NCBI GenBank assembly: GCA_045649205.1
Contig: JAZRPJ010000110.1
Span: 1 to 39,087, forward strand
Length of the DNA: 39,087 bases
From: Candidatus Flemingiibacterium sp.
GTDB taxonomy: Bacteria > Bacillota > Clostridia > Oscillospirales > CAG-272
Reading direction: 5' to 3'
Positions 19,152 through 28,327 of this stretch are shown here, piece by piece. A program made the position numbers and the translations under genes. Within the stretch, counting starts at the first letter, position 1. Every line of letters begins with the position of its first letter. The notes beneath the pieces were generated by a model, which searched no databases, was not told the origin of the DNA, and was given only the letters and a program-made list of their open reading frames with translations.

Positions 19152-20168
19152 ATGGCTTTACTTGAAGTAAAAAATTTACGTACATCCTTCTTCACCGATG
19201 CCGGCGAAGTTAAGGCTGTAAACGGTATTTCATTCAATCTCGAAAGAGGAAAGGTACTCGGCATCGTAGGTGAGTCCGGTTCCGGTAAATCGGTTACCGC
19301 TTACTCTATCATGCAGATACTCGCCTCCACAGCAAAAATAAATCCCGAATCCTCCATAAAATTCGACGGCAAAGAGCTTGTCGGTGCAGGAGAAAAGGTC
19401 ATGAAGACCATCCGCGGAAATAGAATCTCGATTATTTTCCAGGACCCTATGACCTCACTTAACCCCACATACACAATCGGTCATCAGCTCATGGAGGCTA
19501 TACTCCTTCATACAAACAGAAACAAAAAGCAGGCTTACGAGCGTGCTGTTGAAATGTTGAAGCTCGTAAATATCAATGAGCCGGAAAAGAGAATGAAGCA
19601 GTATCCCTTTGAGTTCTCCGGCGGTATGCGTCAGCGTATCGTAATCGCAATGGCACTTGCCTGCGAGCCGGACATCCTCATAGCGGACGAACCTACAACG
19701 GCTCTTGACGTTACAATTCAGGCACAGATTTTGGAGCTTATGAACTCCCTGCAGAAAGAGCTTGGAATGGCAATCATAATGATTACCCATGACCTCGGCG
19801 TTGTGGCACAGATGTGCGACGAAGTAATCGTAATGTACGCCGGCTCTATCTGCGAGCAGGGCACTGCAGATGAGATATTCTACAATCCCGCTCACGAATA
19901 CACCAAGGGACTTCTCCACTCCATTCCCACAACGACCAGCGACGGCTCGCCTCTTCAGCCAATTACCGGTACTCCTATCGACCTTCTCAATATGCCGGCA
20001 GGATGTCCCTTCGCCCCTCGCTGCGAGAATGCCATGAAGATTTGTCTTACAGAGCGTGCGGAAAGACTCGAAATCAACGAGTGTCACCATGCCGCTTGCT
20101 GGATGAACGTCAAAAAAGGCGTTGAAGACGGTTCGGTCACCATCGAACCCGATAATACAAAAGCTTAA
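19152..20168 (+). CDS. oppD: Oligopeptide ABC transporter ATP-binding protein OppD
   Basis: GESGSGKS, FQDPMTSLNP, FSGGMRQR, ADEPTTALD, and the C-terminal GCPFAPRC Cys cluster; alternative TTG start at 19140. Confidence 0.95.
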   Translation: MALLEVKNLRTSFFTDAGEVKAVNGISFNLERGKVLGIVGESGSGKSVTAYSIMQILASTAKINPESSIKFDGKELVGAGEKVMKTIRGNRISIIFQDPMTSLNPTYTIGHQLMEAILLHTNRNKKQAYERAVEMLKLVNINEPEKRMKQYPFEFSGGMRQRIVIAMALACEPDILIADEPTTALDVTIQAQILELMNSLQKELGMAIIMITHDLGVVAQMCDEVIVMYAGSICEQGTADEIFYNPAHEYTKGLLHSIPTTTSDGSPLQPITGTPIDLLNMPAGCPFAPRCENAMKICLTERAERLEINECHHAACWMNVKKGVEDGSVTIEPDNTKA

Positions 20169-20189
20169 GACAGGAGGTTTAATATACAA

Positions 20190-21185
20190 ATGGATAAAAG
20201 TAATGACAAAAATAACGTTAAACCTCTCGTTGAAGTAAAAGACTTAAAGCAGCACTTTAACATCAACATGGGGCTTTTCAAGTCAAAGCCGCTGAAGGCT
20301 GTTGACGGCGTATCTTTTCACATCAATCCCGGTGAGACCCTTGGCCTTGTCGGTGAATCCGGATGCGGTAAAACCACCGTCGGACGCACGTTGCTCCATC
20401 TCTATAAGCCCACCGGCGGTGAAATTTACTACCGCGGCAATAAGATAGAATCCACGAAAAGCATAAAGGAATTCAGAAAGAAAGCCACCATGGTTTTCCA
20501 GGATCCCTATTCCTCACTTAACCCCCGTATGACCGTTGCCGATATTATCGGTGAGCCTCTTGACATACATAAAATGTATCCGGCGAAAGAGCGCATGGAG
20601 CGTATCCTTGAGCTTATGGACAACGTGGGACTTAACAGCGAGCACGCTTCCCGTTATGCTCACGAATTTTCCGGCGGTCAGCGTCAGAGAATCGGCATTG
20701 CGAGAGCACTTGCAATAAATCCCGATTTCATCGTTTGTGATGAGCCGGTATCTGCTCTTGACGTTTCGATTCAGGCGCAGGTTATCAATATGTTTGACAG
20801 ACTCCAGGATGAACTTGGTCTTTCTTACCTCTTTATCGCTCACGACCTTCTCGTCGTACGTCACATCAGTGACCGCATTGCGGTAATGTATCTCGGTAAG
20901 ATGGTTGAAACCGCAGACGCGGACGAAATTTACAATCATCCCCTTCATCCTTACTCAAAGGCTCTTATGTCCGCAGTTCCCGTGCCGGACCCCAAAATAG
21001 CAAGAGCAAATCAACGTATCACCTTAAGCGGCGACATTCCAAGCCCTCTCAATGCTCCCTCCGGCTGTCCTTTCCGCACCCGTTGCCCCTATGCGACCGA
21101 GGAATGTGCAGAGGCAATGCCCGAATTCAAGGAAGTTTCCAAGGGTCACTTTGTCGCTTGTCATCATGTGGATGACGTCAACTGA
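20190..21185 (+). CDS. oppF: Oligopeptide ABC transporter ATP-binding protein OppF
   Basis: [36 protein letters not shown] and GCPFRTRC...VACH motifs. Confidence 0.95.
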   Translation: MDKSNDKNNVKPLVEVKDLKQHFNINMGLFKSKPLKAVDGVSFHINPGETLGLVGESGCGKTTVGRTLLHLYKPTGGEIYYRGNKIESTKSIKEFRKKATMVFQDPYSSLNPRMTVADIIGEPLDIHKMYPAKERMERILELMDNVGLNSEHASRYAHEFSGGQRQRIGIARALAINPDFIVCDEPVSALDVSIQAQVINMFDRLQDELGLSYLFIAHDLLVVRHISDRIAVMYLGKMVETADADEIYNHPLHPYSKALMSAVPVPDPKIARANQRITLSGDIPSPLNAPSGCPFRTRCPYATEECAEAMPEFKEVSKGHFVACHHVDDVN

Positions 21186-21286
21186 TAGTATCAGTTATTA
21201 ATTCTGTTCAATATCCGCCTCGGATGGTGTGCAATACTTCCGAGGACGGGTTTGAAAATATTATTTTGAAAGGAAAATTCAAAATC

Positions 21287-23146
21287 ATGAAAAAGATTCT
21301 CGCACTTATGCTTGCAACAGCTATGATTTTTGGTATTACCGCTTGTAACACCACTCCCAGTGGCAACGATGAAACCACTCCCAATGATGTTACCGATACC
21401 ACCGCAGGCGAAGATACTCCTGTAGAAGTTCCTGTTGGCAAGATCACAAACTTCCCTTCTCTCGACTACATCTACAACACCAACGACGGTCACAAGGCAA
21501 TCGCTGAGTACCTCCAGGGTGCTCTCGCAAACGTTGGCATCACCATGCAGCTTACCAACCAGGAATGGAACACATTCCTTAACACCCGTAAGAACGGCGA
21601 CTACTCTGTTGCTCGTAACGGCTGGGTAGCTGACTACAACGACCCGATCTGCTTCCTCGATATGTGGGTAAGCGGCTCCGGTAACAACGATATTCAGTTC
21701 GGTAAGGGCGCTCATGCTGACCTTAAGATGTACGACCTCGACCTCACTGCTTTCGGTTACGAAACCAAGGTTGAAGACGGCACATGGGCTGAAACCTATG
21801 ACGTTCTTATCAGCGCTATCAAGGCTGAGACCGACAACGTTAAGCGTTACGCTATGATGCACGTTGCTGAAGATATGCTCATGGCTACCGGCTGTATCGT
21901 TCCGATCTACTACTACACCGACCTTTACATGATTGACGAGTCCGTTAAGGGCTTCTTCTCCAATCCTCTCGGTTACAAGTACTTCATGAACACCACTGTT
22001 GAAGGCGCAGACAGCATCAACATCTGCCTCGCTTCCGAGCCTGACACTCTTGACCCCGCTCTTAACAGCGCAGTTGACGGTGCTACCATGATCGCTCACC
22101 TCTTCTCCGGTCTTGCTAAGTGGGCACAGGACGATGCAGGTAAGCTCGTTATCGTTCCCGACCTCGCTGAAGCTCTTCCCGAGGGCGTTATTAACGAAGA
22201 CGGTACTGTAACCTACACCTACACTCTTAAGGAAGGTCTTACCTGGAGCAACGGCGATCCTCTCACCGCAGCAGACTTCGTATTCGCTTGGAACCGCGCA
22301 GCTTCCGCTGACCTCGCTGCTGACTACGGCTATATGTTCGAGCTCGTTAAGGGTTACGCTGATGTTTCCACCGGCGTTGAAGGCGCAAAGCTTGCTGTTG
22401 AAGCTACCGATGACAGAACTCTCGTTGTTACCATTAACAACGCTGCAGCTTACTGGAACGAGCTTCTCGCATTCCCGACCTTCGCTCCCGTACACGAAGC
22501 AACTGTAGCTAACGAGGCTTGGGCGACCGAACCTGAAACCTACATCGGTAACGGTGCATACACCATCTCCGCATGGACTCACGACTCCGTTATCACTCTT
22601 ACAAAGAATGAAAACTATCATGCAGCTGACACAGTAACAATGCCTACTATCAACTGCTACCTCTCCGATGATGCATCCAACATGCCCACCAACTTCAAGA
22701 ACGGTGACTGGCTCTTCATCGACGATGTTCCCACCGATGAAATCGACACCCTTAAGGTTGATTTCCCCACTGAATTTGTTATTGCAGGTCAGACCGGTAC
22801 ATACTATGTATGCTGGAACGTAAACGAAAGCATTCTTCCTGCTGACTCCACCCTCACCGGTGTTGAAGCAGAGCTTGCTCAGGCTGAGATCCGCAAGGCT
22901 ATCTCCCTCCTCTTCGACCGCGATTACATCTGTAAGAGCGTATCCAAGGGCGGCGAGGTTGCAGCGTCCTCTTTCGTAGCAATGGGTCTTACCGATGCTG
23001 ACGGAAGCGAGTTCTACAAGAACTGCAACCAGGGTGACTTTGACGGTTACTTCAACCTCGACGAAGATGCTTGGGATGCAAACTATGAGTCTGCACTCAA
23101 GACCCTCGCAAAGTACTACACCTTTGACGGAGTAGCTGCTGAATAA
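21287..23146 (+). CDS. oppA: Oligopeptide-binding lipoprotein OppA (SBP family 5), apparently circularly permuted
   Basis: Start ATG 21287 after AAAGGA; lipobox ITAC. Family-5 motifs ASEPDTLDP, YTYTLKEGLTWSNGDPLTAADFVFAW, GNGAY and ARNGWVADYNDP are all present but in swapped order. Confidence 0.9.
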   Translation: MKKILALMLATAMIFGITACNTTPSGNDETTPNDVTDTTAGEDTPVEVPVGKITNFPSLDYIYNTNDGHKAIAEYLQGALANVGITMQLTNQEWNTFLNTRKNGDYSVARNGWVADYNDPICFLDMWVSGSGNNDIQFGKGAHADLKMYDLDLTAFGYETKVEDGTWAETYDVLISAIKAETDNVKRYAMMHVAEDMLMATGCIVPIYYYTDLYMIDESVKGFFSNPLGYKYFMNTTVEGADSINICLASEPDTLDPALNSAVDGATMIAHLFSGLAKWAQDDAGKLVIVPDLAEALPEGVINEDGTVTYTYTLKEGLTWSNGDPLTAADFVFAWNRAASADLAADYGYMFELVKGYADVSTGVEGAKLAVEATDDRTLVVTINNAAAYWNELLAFPTFAPVHEATVANEAWATEPETYIGNGAYTISAWTHDSVITLTKNENYHAADTVTMPTINCYLSDDASNMPTNFKNGDWLFIDDVPTDEIDTLKVDFPTEFVIAGQTGTYYVCWNVNESILPADSTLTGVEAELAQAEIRKAISLLFDRDYICKSVSKGGEVAASSFVAMGLTDADGSEFYKNCNQGDFDGYFNLDEDAWDANYESALKTLAKYYTFDGVAAE

Positions 23147-23212
23147 GCACACTCCATTTCAGATGAAGCTTACTTATTGCACACTTTAATTTAATGCTTC
23201 ATAACTCATTAA

Positions 23213-23247
23213 AACTGCCGCAGGCTGATACCTGCGGCAGTTCTTTT
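23213..23247 (+). terminator. opp operon terminator
   Basis: AACTGCCGCAGG-CTGATA-CCTGCGGCAGTT followed by CTTTT. Confidence 0.8.
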
Positions 23248-23256
23248 ATTTTCTCC

Positions 23257-23285
23257 TTGACAAACTGCCGCTTCTGTGTTACAAT
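23257..23285 (+). promoter_or_regulatory. sigma-A promoter of fucU
   Basis: TTGACA-17 bp-TACAAT with TG extension. Confidence 0.7.
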
Positions 23286-23318
23286 AAAATCACAAGAATA
23301 TTATTGTGAGGTGCAATT

Positions 23319-23759
23319 ATGCTTAAAAACATTCCAAAAATTTTATCCCCCGAGCTTCTCAAGGTGCTCTGCGAAATGGGCCACAGCGACCGCATCTGTA
23401 TCGCGGATGGTAACTTCCCTGCTGAAACCATGGGTAAAGACTCCATCGTTATCCGAATGGACGGTCACGGAATTCCCGAGATTTTAGATGCAATTCTCAC
23501 CGTGTTCCCTCTCGACGCTTACGTAGAAAAGCCCGTAACCCTCATGCAGCTTATGGACCGCGATGTGGGAAAGGTAGAAACTCCTATCTGGGATGCATAT
23601 AAAAACATCGTAGCCGCTCACGACCAGCGCGGCGCTGATGCTGTATGCAATATTGACCGTTTCGATTTCTACGACGAGGCAAAGAAATGCTACTGCATAA
23701 TTGCTACCGGCGAAAGCGCAATATACGCAAATATCATGCTCCAGAAGGGCGTTGTTTGA
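23319..23759 (+). CDS. fucU: L-fucose mutarotase (RbsD/FucU family)
   Basis: MLKNIPKILSPELLKVLCEMGHSDRICIADGNFPA...RFDFY...ATGESAIYANIMLQKGVV. Confidence 0.9.
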   Translation: MLKNIPKILSPELLKVLCEMGHSDRICIADGNFPAETMGKDSIVIRMDGHGIPEILDAILTVFPLDAYVEKPVTLMQLMDRDVGKVETPIWDAYKNIVAAHDQRGADAVCNIDRFDFYDEAKKCYCIIATGESAIYANIMLQKGVV

Positions 23760-23763
23760 TATC

Positions 23764-24291
23764 ATGACAGATATAATTGCGCAAGGCTTTGGAATTATCG
23801 GGCTTGTTATTATCGTAGCCTCTTTTCAGTGTAAAAGTAATAAAAACTTTTTTCTGATGCAGGGCGGCGGAAGTCTGTTTTTTGTTCTTAACTTTCTTCT
23901 GATCGGTGCCTATGGCGGAGCTTTATTCAATCTCAGCAATCTGATCCGCGGCTTGCTTTTCTCAAAAGATGCAAAAAACCCATGGAAGCTCATCGTGGTT
24001 GAAATTGCGTATATCGCCTGCTTCATATTTTCCATCATCCTCGATCATTCGCCAAAGCAGATACTTCTGGTATTCATCCCATTCTCCGCACTTGTTATAA
24101 TGAGCGTGCTGATGTGGCGCGGAAACGATAAGACTATCCGCAAATTCCAAATCGCCTATATGTCCCCCTCATGGATCGTGCACAATATTTTCAATCTATC
24201 CATCGGCGGGCTTATCTGCGAGGTATTCAATATGGTTTCGTCCGCAATTTATCTCATCAGACTAAAAAAAGAGAAAGAACCGGGTCAGTAA
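23764..24291 (+). CDS. YgjV-like small inner-membrane protein
   Basis: Hydrophobic 175 aa; AQGFG...SFQCK, LLIGAYGGA and SPSWIVHN...SIGG..CE..NMVSS pattern. Confidence 0.7.
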   Translation: MTDIIAQGFGIIGLVIIVASFQCKSNKNFFLMQGGGSLFFVLNFLLIGAYGGALFNLSNLIRGLLFSKDAKNPWKLIVVEIAYIACFIFSIILDHSPKQILLVFIPFSALVIMSVLMWRGNDKTIRKFQIAYMSPSWIVHNIFNLSIGGLICEVFNMVSSAIYLIRLKKEKEPGQ

Positions 24292-24298
24292 TACTATG

Positions 24299-24328
24299 AA
24301 GGGGCTGTTGCGCTTGCAACAGCCCTTT
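24299..24328. terminator. Bidirectional terminator
   Basis: GGGCTGTTGC-GCTT-GCAACAGCCC between convergent genes. Confidence 0.75.
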
Positions 24329-24336
24329 ATCTGTTA

Positions 24337-25218
24337 TTATTCTCTCGGAACCATGCCGGGACCCGAAGTCTTTCGACGGAAAGCGATTGGCGTGATTCCT
24401 TCCATTTTTTTAAATGCCTTAAAAAACAGCACATGGTCATGATATCCGCAAATTTCCCCGATTTCTGTTGCTGTCAAATCCGTCTGCTGTAACAGTTTCT
24501 TCGCATGAGCTATGCGCTGAGCCGTAACATACTGCATAGGCGGTCTGCCCATGTATTTTTTAAAAACGTGTGAAAGATAATATTTGCTGATATGCAGATC
24601 ACTGCAGATCTGATCCATTGATTCTATCTTCGCGAAATTATCATTAAGATACTGATGTATGCGAAGAAATATTGCATTTGTAACAAATTTCGTTTCGGAT
24701 ATGTTGGATCGGCGAAGTATGGCTATAAGAATGAGTCTTGCACAGTATTTTGCAATAAGCTCATTGTATTGCCGCTCATCGCTTACCTCCTCTACCAATG
24801 TAGAAAAATAGAACCTAATATTCTCCTCATCTTCCTCGGCAGAAAACACATGGGGCATATCAGCGGGAATCAGATGGTCAATGGGCAAATCACAGACCTT
24901 GAAATTGGTGATGCCCATAAAAGCAAGCTCGATCCCCGGACTGTCTGCTGTTGACTCTTCGTGGATTTCGTGTGGGTTATATATTATGATGTCGCCCTTC
25001 TTGACGGAATACTTATTTCCCGAGATAATTACTTCACCTCGTCCTGCCAAAACAAACAAAATCTCGCAAAAAGGATGCTCATGGGGATTTTCGTGCCATT
25101 GTCTTATTTTTTCAAGCTTGCCGGCATATAGGCACTTTGTATCAAGCTTGATGGCGTCACTCTTGGAATAGGCTACTATACGATGTGTATCCGGGGCTAC
25201 AGCAGCTTCGTCTTTCAT
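24337..25218 (-). CDS. AraC-family transcriptional regulator with cupin sensor domain
   Basis: HEHPFCEILFV cupin; SKYYLSHVFKK and CGYHDHVLFFKAFKKMEGITP HTH motifs; divergent from the sugar ABC operon. Confidence 0.92.
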   Translation of the reverse strand: MKDEAAVAPDTHRIVAYSKSDAIKLDTKCLYAGKLEKIRQWHENPHEHPFCEILFVLAGRGEVIISGNKYSVKKGDIIIYNPHEIHEESTADSPGIELAFMGITNFKVCDLPIDHLIPADMPHVFSAEEDEENIRFYFSTLVEEVSDERQYNELIAKYCARLILIAILRRSNISETKFVTNAIFLRIHQYLNDNFAKIESMDQICSDLHISKYYLSHVFKKYMGRPPMQYVTAQRIAHAKKLLQQTDLTATEIGEICGYHDHVLFFKAFKKMEGITPIAFRRKTSGPGMVPRE

Positions 25219-25463
25219 TCAATACCTCCAAAAAGACATCTTCGTTTTTGTGCATTACAGACAATATACTTTTGTTTATTATTGCTTTTTGCTTTAGCGC
25301 GTTACTTTTGTAAAAAACAAACAATAATATTCATGGCATATAACGCATTTTGACGAAAATTATTTATACTAACCATATATAGTATATCATATACCTTTTA
25401 TTTTAGCAATACTTTTTTTAAAATATGTGTTTATTTTTGCGATATTTTTTGCAGTTTATGCTA

Positions 25464-25492
25464 TTGAAAATAATACTGAAAAGATGTACAAT
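25464..25492 (+). promoter_or_regulatory. sigma-A promoter of the sugar ABC operon
   Basis: TTGAAA-17 bp-TACAAT. Confidence 0.6.
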
Positions 25493-25522
25493 ATAAATGT
25501 AATAGGCGAAAGGAGGAATGAC

Positions 25523-27028
25523 ATGATGCAGAATACCGTACTCCATATGGATGGAATACATAAACGGTTTCACGGCGTTCATGCACTGAGGGGCGTACAC
25601 TTCGATCTGCGTGCAGGTGAAGTACACGCACTGATGGGCGAGAACGGTGCCGGCAAGTCAACGCTCATGAAGGTTCTTTGCGGAATTTACAAGCGTGATG
25701 AGGGCGATGTGGTTCTGTTTGACGATCATGTAAACTTTTCCAGCATAAAAGAATCCCAAGACGCAGGTATAAGTATGATTCATCAGGAGCTTAACATGAT
25801 GAACCACTTAACCGTAGCGCAAAACATTTACATAGGCCGCGAGCCTATGATAAACGGGCTTTATATTGATGACAAAAAAATGGAACAGGATGCGGCAAAG
25901 CTGTTTGAAAAGATCGGCGTTAAGATCGACCCGTCAGTAACTCTCGGTACACTTACCGTAGGCAAGCAGCAGATGGTTGAAATCGCAAAGGCAGTTTCCC
26001 GAAATGCAAAGATCCTGGTCCTTGACGAGCCGACGGCAGCCCTCACGCAGCTTGAGGTTGAAGAGCTGTTTAAGATCATGAACGACCTAAAGGAAAAAGG
26101 CATCGGCATGATCTACATCTCTCACAGAATGGACGAGATAAACCGCATTTCTGACCGAGTAACTGTCATGCGTGACGGCGAATACGTAGGAACGCTCATT
26201 ACCAAGGATACCACGAAGGACGAAATCGTCAAAATGATGGTAGGACGCGTTATCTTCGGCGACAAAAAGGAAGAAAGTGCCGTACCCGGAAATGCACCGG
26301 TGGTGCTTGAGGTTAAGAATCTCAATCGAGGCAAGGAGATACGCGATGTAAACTTCACGCTCCGTCGCGGTGAGATCCTCGGCTTCTCGGGACTTATGGG
26401 TGCAGGACGTACAGAAGTTGCCAGAGCGATCTACGGTGCTGACAAAAAGGACAGCGGACAGATCTTCATAAACGGCAAAGAAGTTGACATAAACGCTCCC
26501 AGCACTGCAGTTGCAAACGGTATGTGTTATCTTTCAGAGGACAGAAAGCGTTTCGGACTGCTTCTCGACAAATCCGTTGCCGAAAACTCGGTGCTCAGCA
26601 ATCTTGATGACTACATAAGCCTCGGATGGATCAACGATGACGCCATTGCCAAGGATGCAAAACGCGAAAATGCCAAGCTAAAGACAAAGACACCGTCCAT
26701 GCAGCAGCTTACAAAGAATCTGTCCGGCGGTAACCAGCAGAAGGTAATCGTAGCAAGGTGGCTTCTTAAGAACTCGGATATTTTCATCTTCGATGAGCCG
26801 ACGAGAGGTATCGACATTGGCGCAAAGAGCGAAATGTACACCCTCATGGAAGAGCTTGCAAAAGAGGGTAAATCAATTATCATGATTTCCTCGGAGCTTT
26901 CGGAAATTCAGCGCCTGAGCGACAGAGTAATCGTAATGTGTGAGGGCAGAATAACCGCCGAGCTTGACATAAAGGATGCATCCCAGGAAACCATAATGAA
27001 GTACGCTACCATGCGAGAGCAGGCGTAA
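25523..27028 (+). CDS. Monosaccharide ABC transporter ATP-binding protein (RbsA/MglA-type, CUT2)
   Basis: Start after AGGAGG; GENGAGKST, LDEPT, GLMGAGRTE, LSGGNQQK and DEPTRGID motifs (two fused ABC domains). Confidence 0.95.
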   Translation: MMQNTVLHMDGIHKRFHGVHALRGVHFDLRAGEVHALMGENGAGKSTLMKVLCGIYKRDEGDVVLFDDHVNFSSIKESQDAGISMIHQELNMMNHLTVAQNIYIGREPMINGLYIDDKKMEQDAAKLFEKIGVKIDPSVTLGTLTVGKQQMVEIAKAVSRNAKILVLDEPTAALTQLEVEELFKIMNDLKEKGIGMIYISHRMDEINRISDRVTVMRDGEYVGTLITKDTTKDEIVKMMVGRVIFGDKKEESAVPGNAPVVLEVKNLNRGKEIRDVNFTLRRGEILGFSGLMGAGRTEVARAIYGADKKDSGQIFINGKEVDINAPSTAVANGMCYLSEDRKRFGLLLDKSVAENSVLSNLDDYISLGWINDDAIAKDAKRENAKLKTKTPSMQQLTKNLSGGNQQKVIVARWLLKNSDIFIFDEPTRGIDIGAKSEMYTLMEELAKEGKSIIMISSELSEIQRLSDRVIVMCEGRITAELDIKDASQETIMKYATMREQA

Positions 27029-27087
27029 AACATTCCTAATTCCAACGAAAGGAAGCTTTCGCCAATGCGAAAGCGAAGGTATTAAAA

Positions 27088-28263
27088 ATGTCTTACAGCA
27101 AAGGCTTCAAAAGAGCCTTAAGAAGAACAAAAAACAAGTTCGTTGATTTTATTGCCACCAAGGGCAAGCAGAATCTGATCGTTGTTGCCGCGCTTTTGGT
27201 GCTCGTCGCCATATTCGCTGTACTTAACCCGAACTTCATAAACAAAAACAACATAGTAAGTATGGCTCAGTCTTTAGCGCCTTACGCCGTACTTGCACTG
27301 GGCGTTACCTTTGTTATCGCCACCGGTGGTATCGACCTTTCCATCGGTACTGTATGTATCGCCTCTGCAGTTGTTGCAGGTAAGCTTTATATGCTTGGTA
27401 TGCCTCTGTGGGCGACCATCCCCGTAATGATCGCCATCGGTACGCTGTTTGGCTTTGTCAACGGCATTTTGGTTGCAAAATTTAAGCTCCCGGCATTTAT
27501 CGCTACTCTGGGTACGATGATGTTCTCAAGAGGTGTCAGCGCAATTATCGCGGCTGTGCCCAACGTATTCTTCCCCAGCGGCACCTGGTTCAACAAGGTA
27601 TTTTCCAATGCCAACGGCTTCCCTACCGGCCTCGCTTGGATAGTAGGCTTTGCAATTCTTTGTATGTACCTCATGTACAAGTGCAAGATCGGCAGATACA
27701 TACTTTCCATCGGAAGTAACGAGGAAGCCACAAGACTTTCAGGTATCAATACCGAAAAATTCAAGATCATCGCATATACTATAAGCGGTGTTGCAGCAGG
27801 TATTGCGGCGATTTTCTGGGCAGCATCCTTCCCTACCGTAGCGGCAGCAACCGGTAACGGTATGGAGCTTGATGCCATCGCAGGCGTTTACATCGGCGGA
27901 ACAAGCTCTGCCGGCGGTACTGCATCCATAGCAGGCTCGGTAATCGGTAACATGATGCTTGTAGTTATCAGAAGCGGTCTTAACTTCGTGCTTGCAAAAT
28001 TTGACCTCAACCTCAACTCCACATATGTGACATATGCCCTCACCGGTCTTATCGTTGTAGCGGCAGTTCTCATGGATGTAATCAAGAATAAGAACGCGGC
28101 AAAGGTTAAAATCGAAACAGAAAAAGACCTTGCAAAAAAGAATCGCAAGCTCACCCTTGCCGAGCTTGAAGAGGAAATCGACACCGTTATCGCTTCCGAT
28201 CTTGCAAAGGAAGCAAAGAACGAAAAGATTCTCGCCATTGAAGCAAAAATTGCTTCTCTCTAA
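27088..28263 (+). CDS. Monosaccharide ABC transporter permease (RbsC-type) with charged C-terminal extension
   Basis: GGIDLSIG, PAFIATLG, GSNEEATRLSGI and ELDAIAGVYIGG motifs. Confidence 0.93.
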   Translation: MSYSKGFKRALRRTKNKFVDFIATKGKQNLIVVAALLVLVAIFAVLNPNFINKNNIVSMAQSLAPYAVLALGVTFVIATGGIDLSIGTVCIASAVVAGKLYMLGMPLWATIPVMIAIGTLFGFVNGILVAKFKLPAFIATLGTMMFSRGVSAIIAAVPNVFFPSGTWFNKVFSNANGFPTGLAWIVGFAILCMYLMYKCKIGRYILSIGSNEEATRLSGINTEKFKIIAYTISGVAAGIAAIFWAASFPTVAAATGNGMELDAIAGVYIGGTSSAGGTASIAGSVIGNMMLVVIRSGLNFVLAKFDLNLNSTYVTYALTGLIVVAAVLMDVIKNKNAAKVKIETEKDLAKKNRKLTLAELEEEIDTVIASDLAKEAKNEKILAIEAKIASL

Positions 28264-28327
28264 CCAATGAATGTTAAGGCAAAAGCCTAACAGATAAATA
28301 AAAAATCAATTTAAAGGAGAAACACTC

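Noticed and set aside
21191-23152. 653-aa antisense ORF exactly opposite oppA (similarly 28340-29386, 2235-2987 and 19455-20189)
   Set aside because: Shadow ORFs expected from strong codon bias on the sense strand; no RBS and no recognisable protein motifs.
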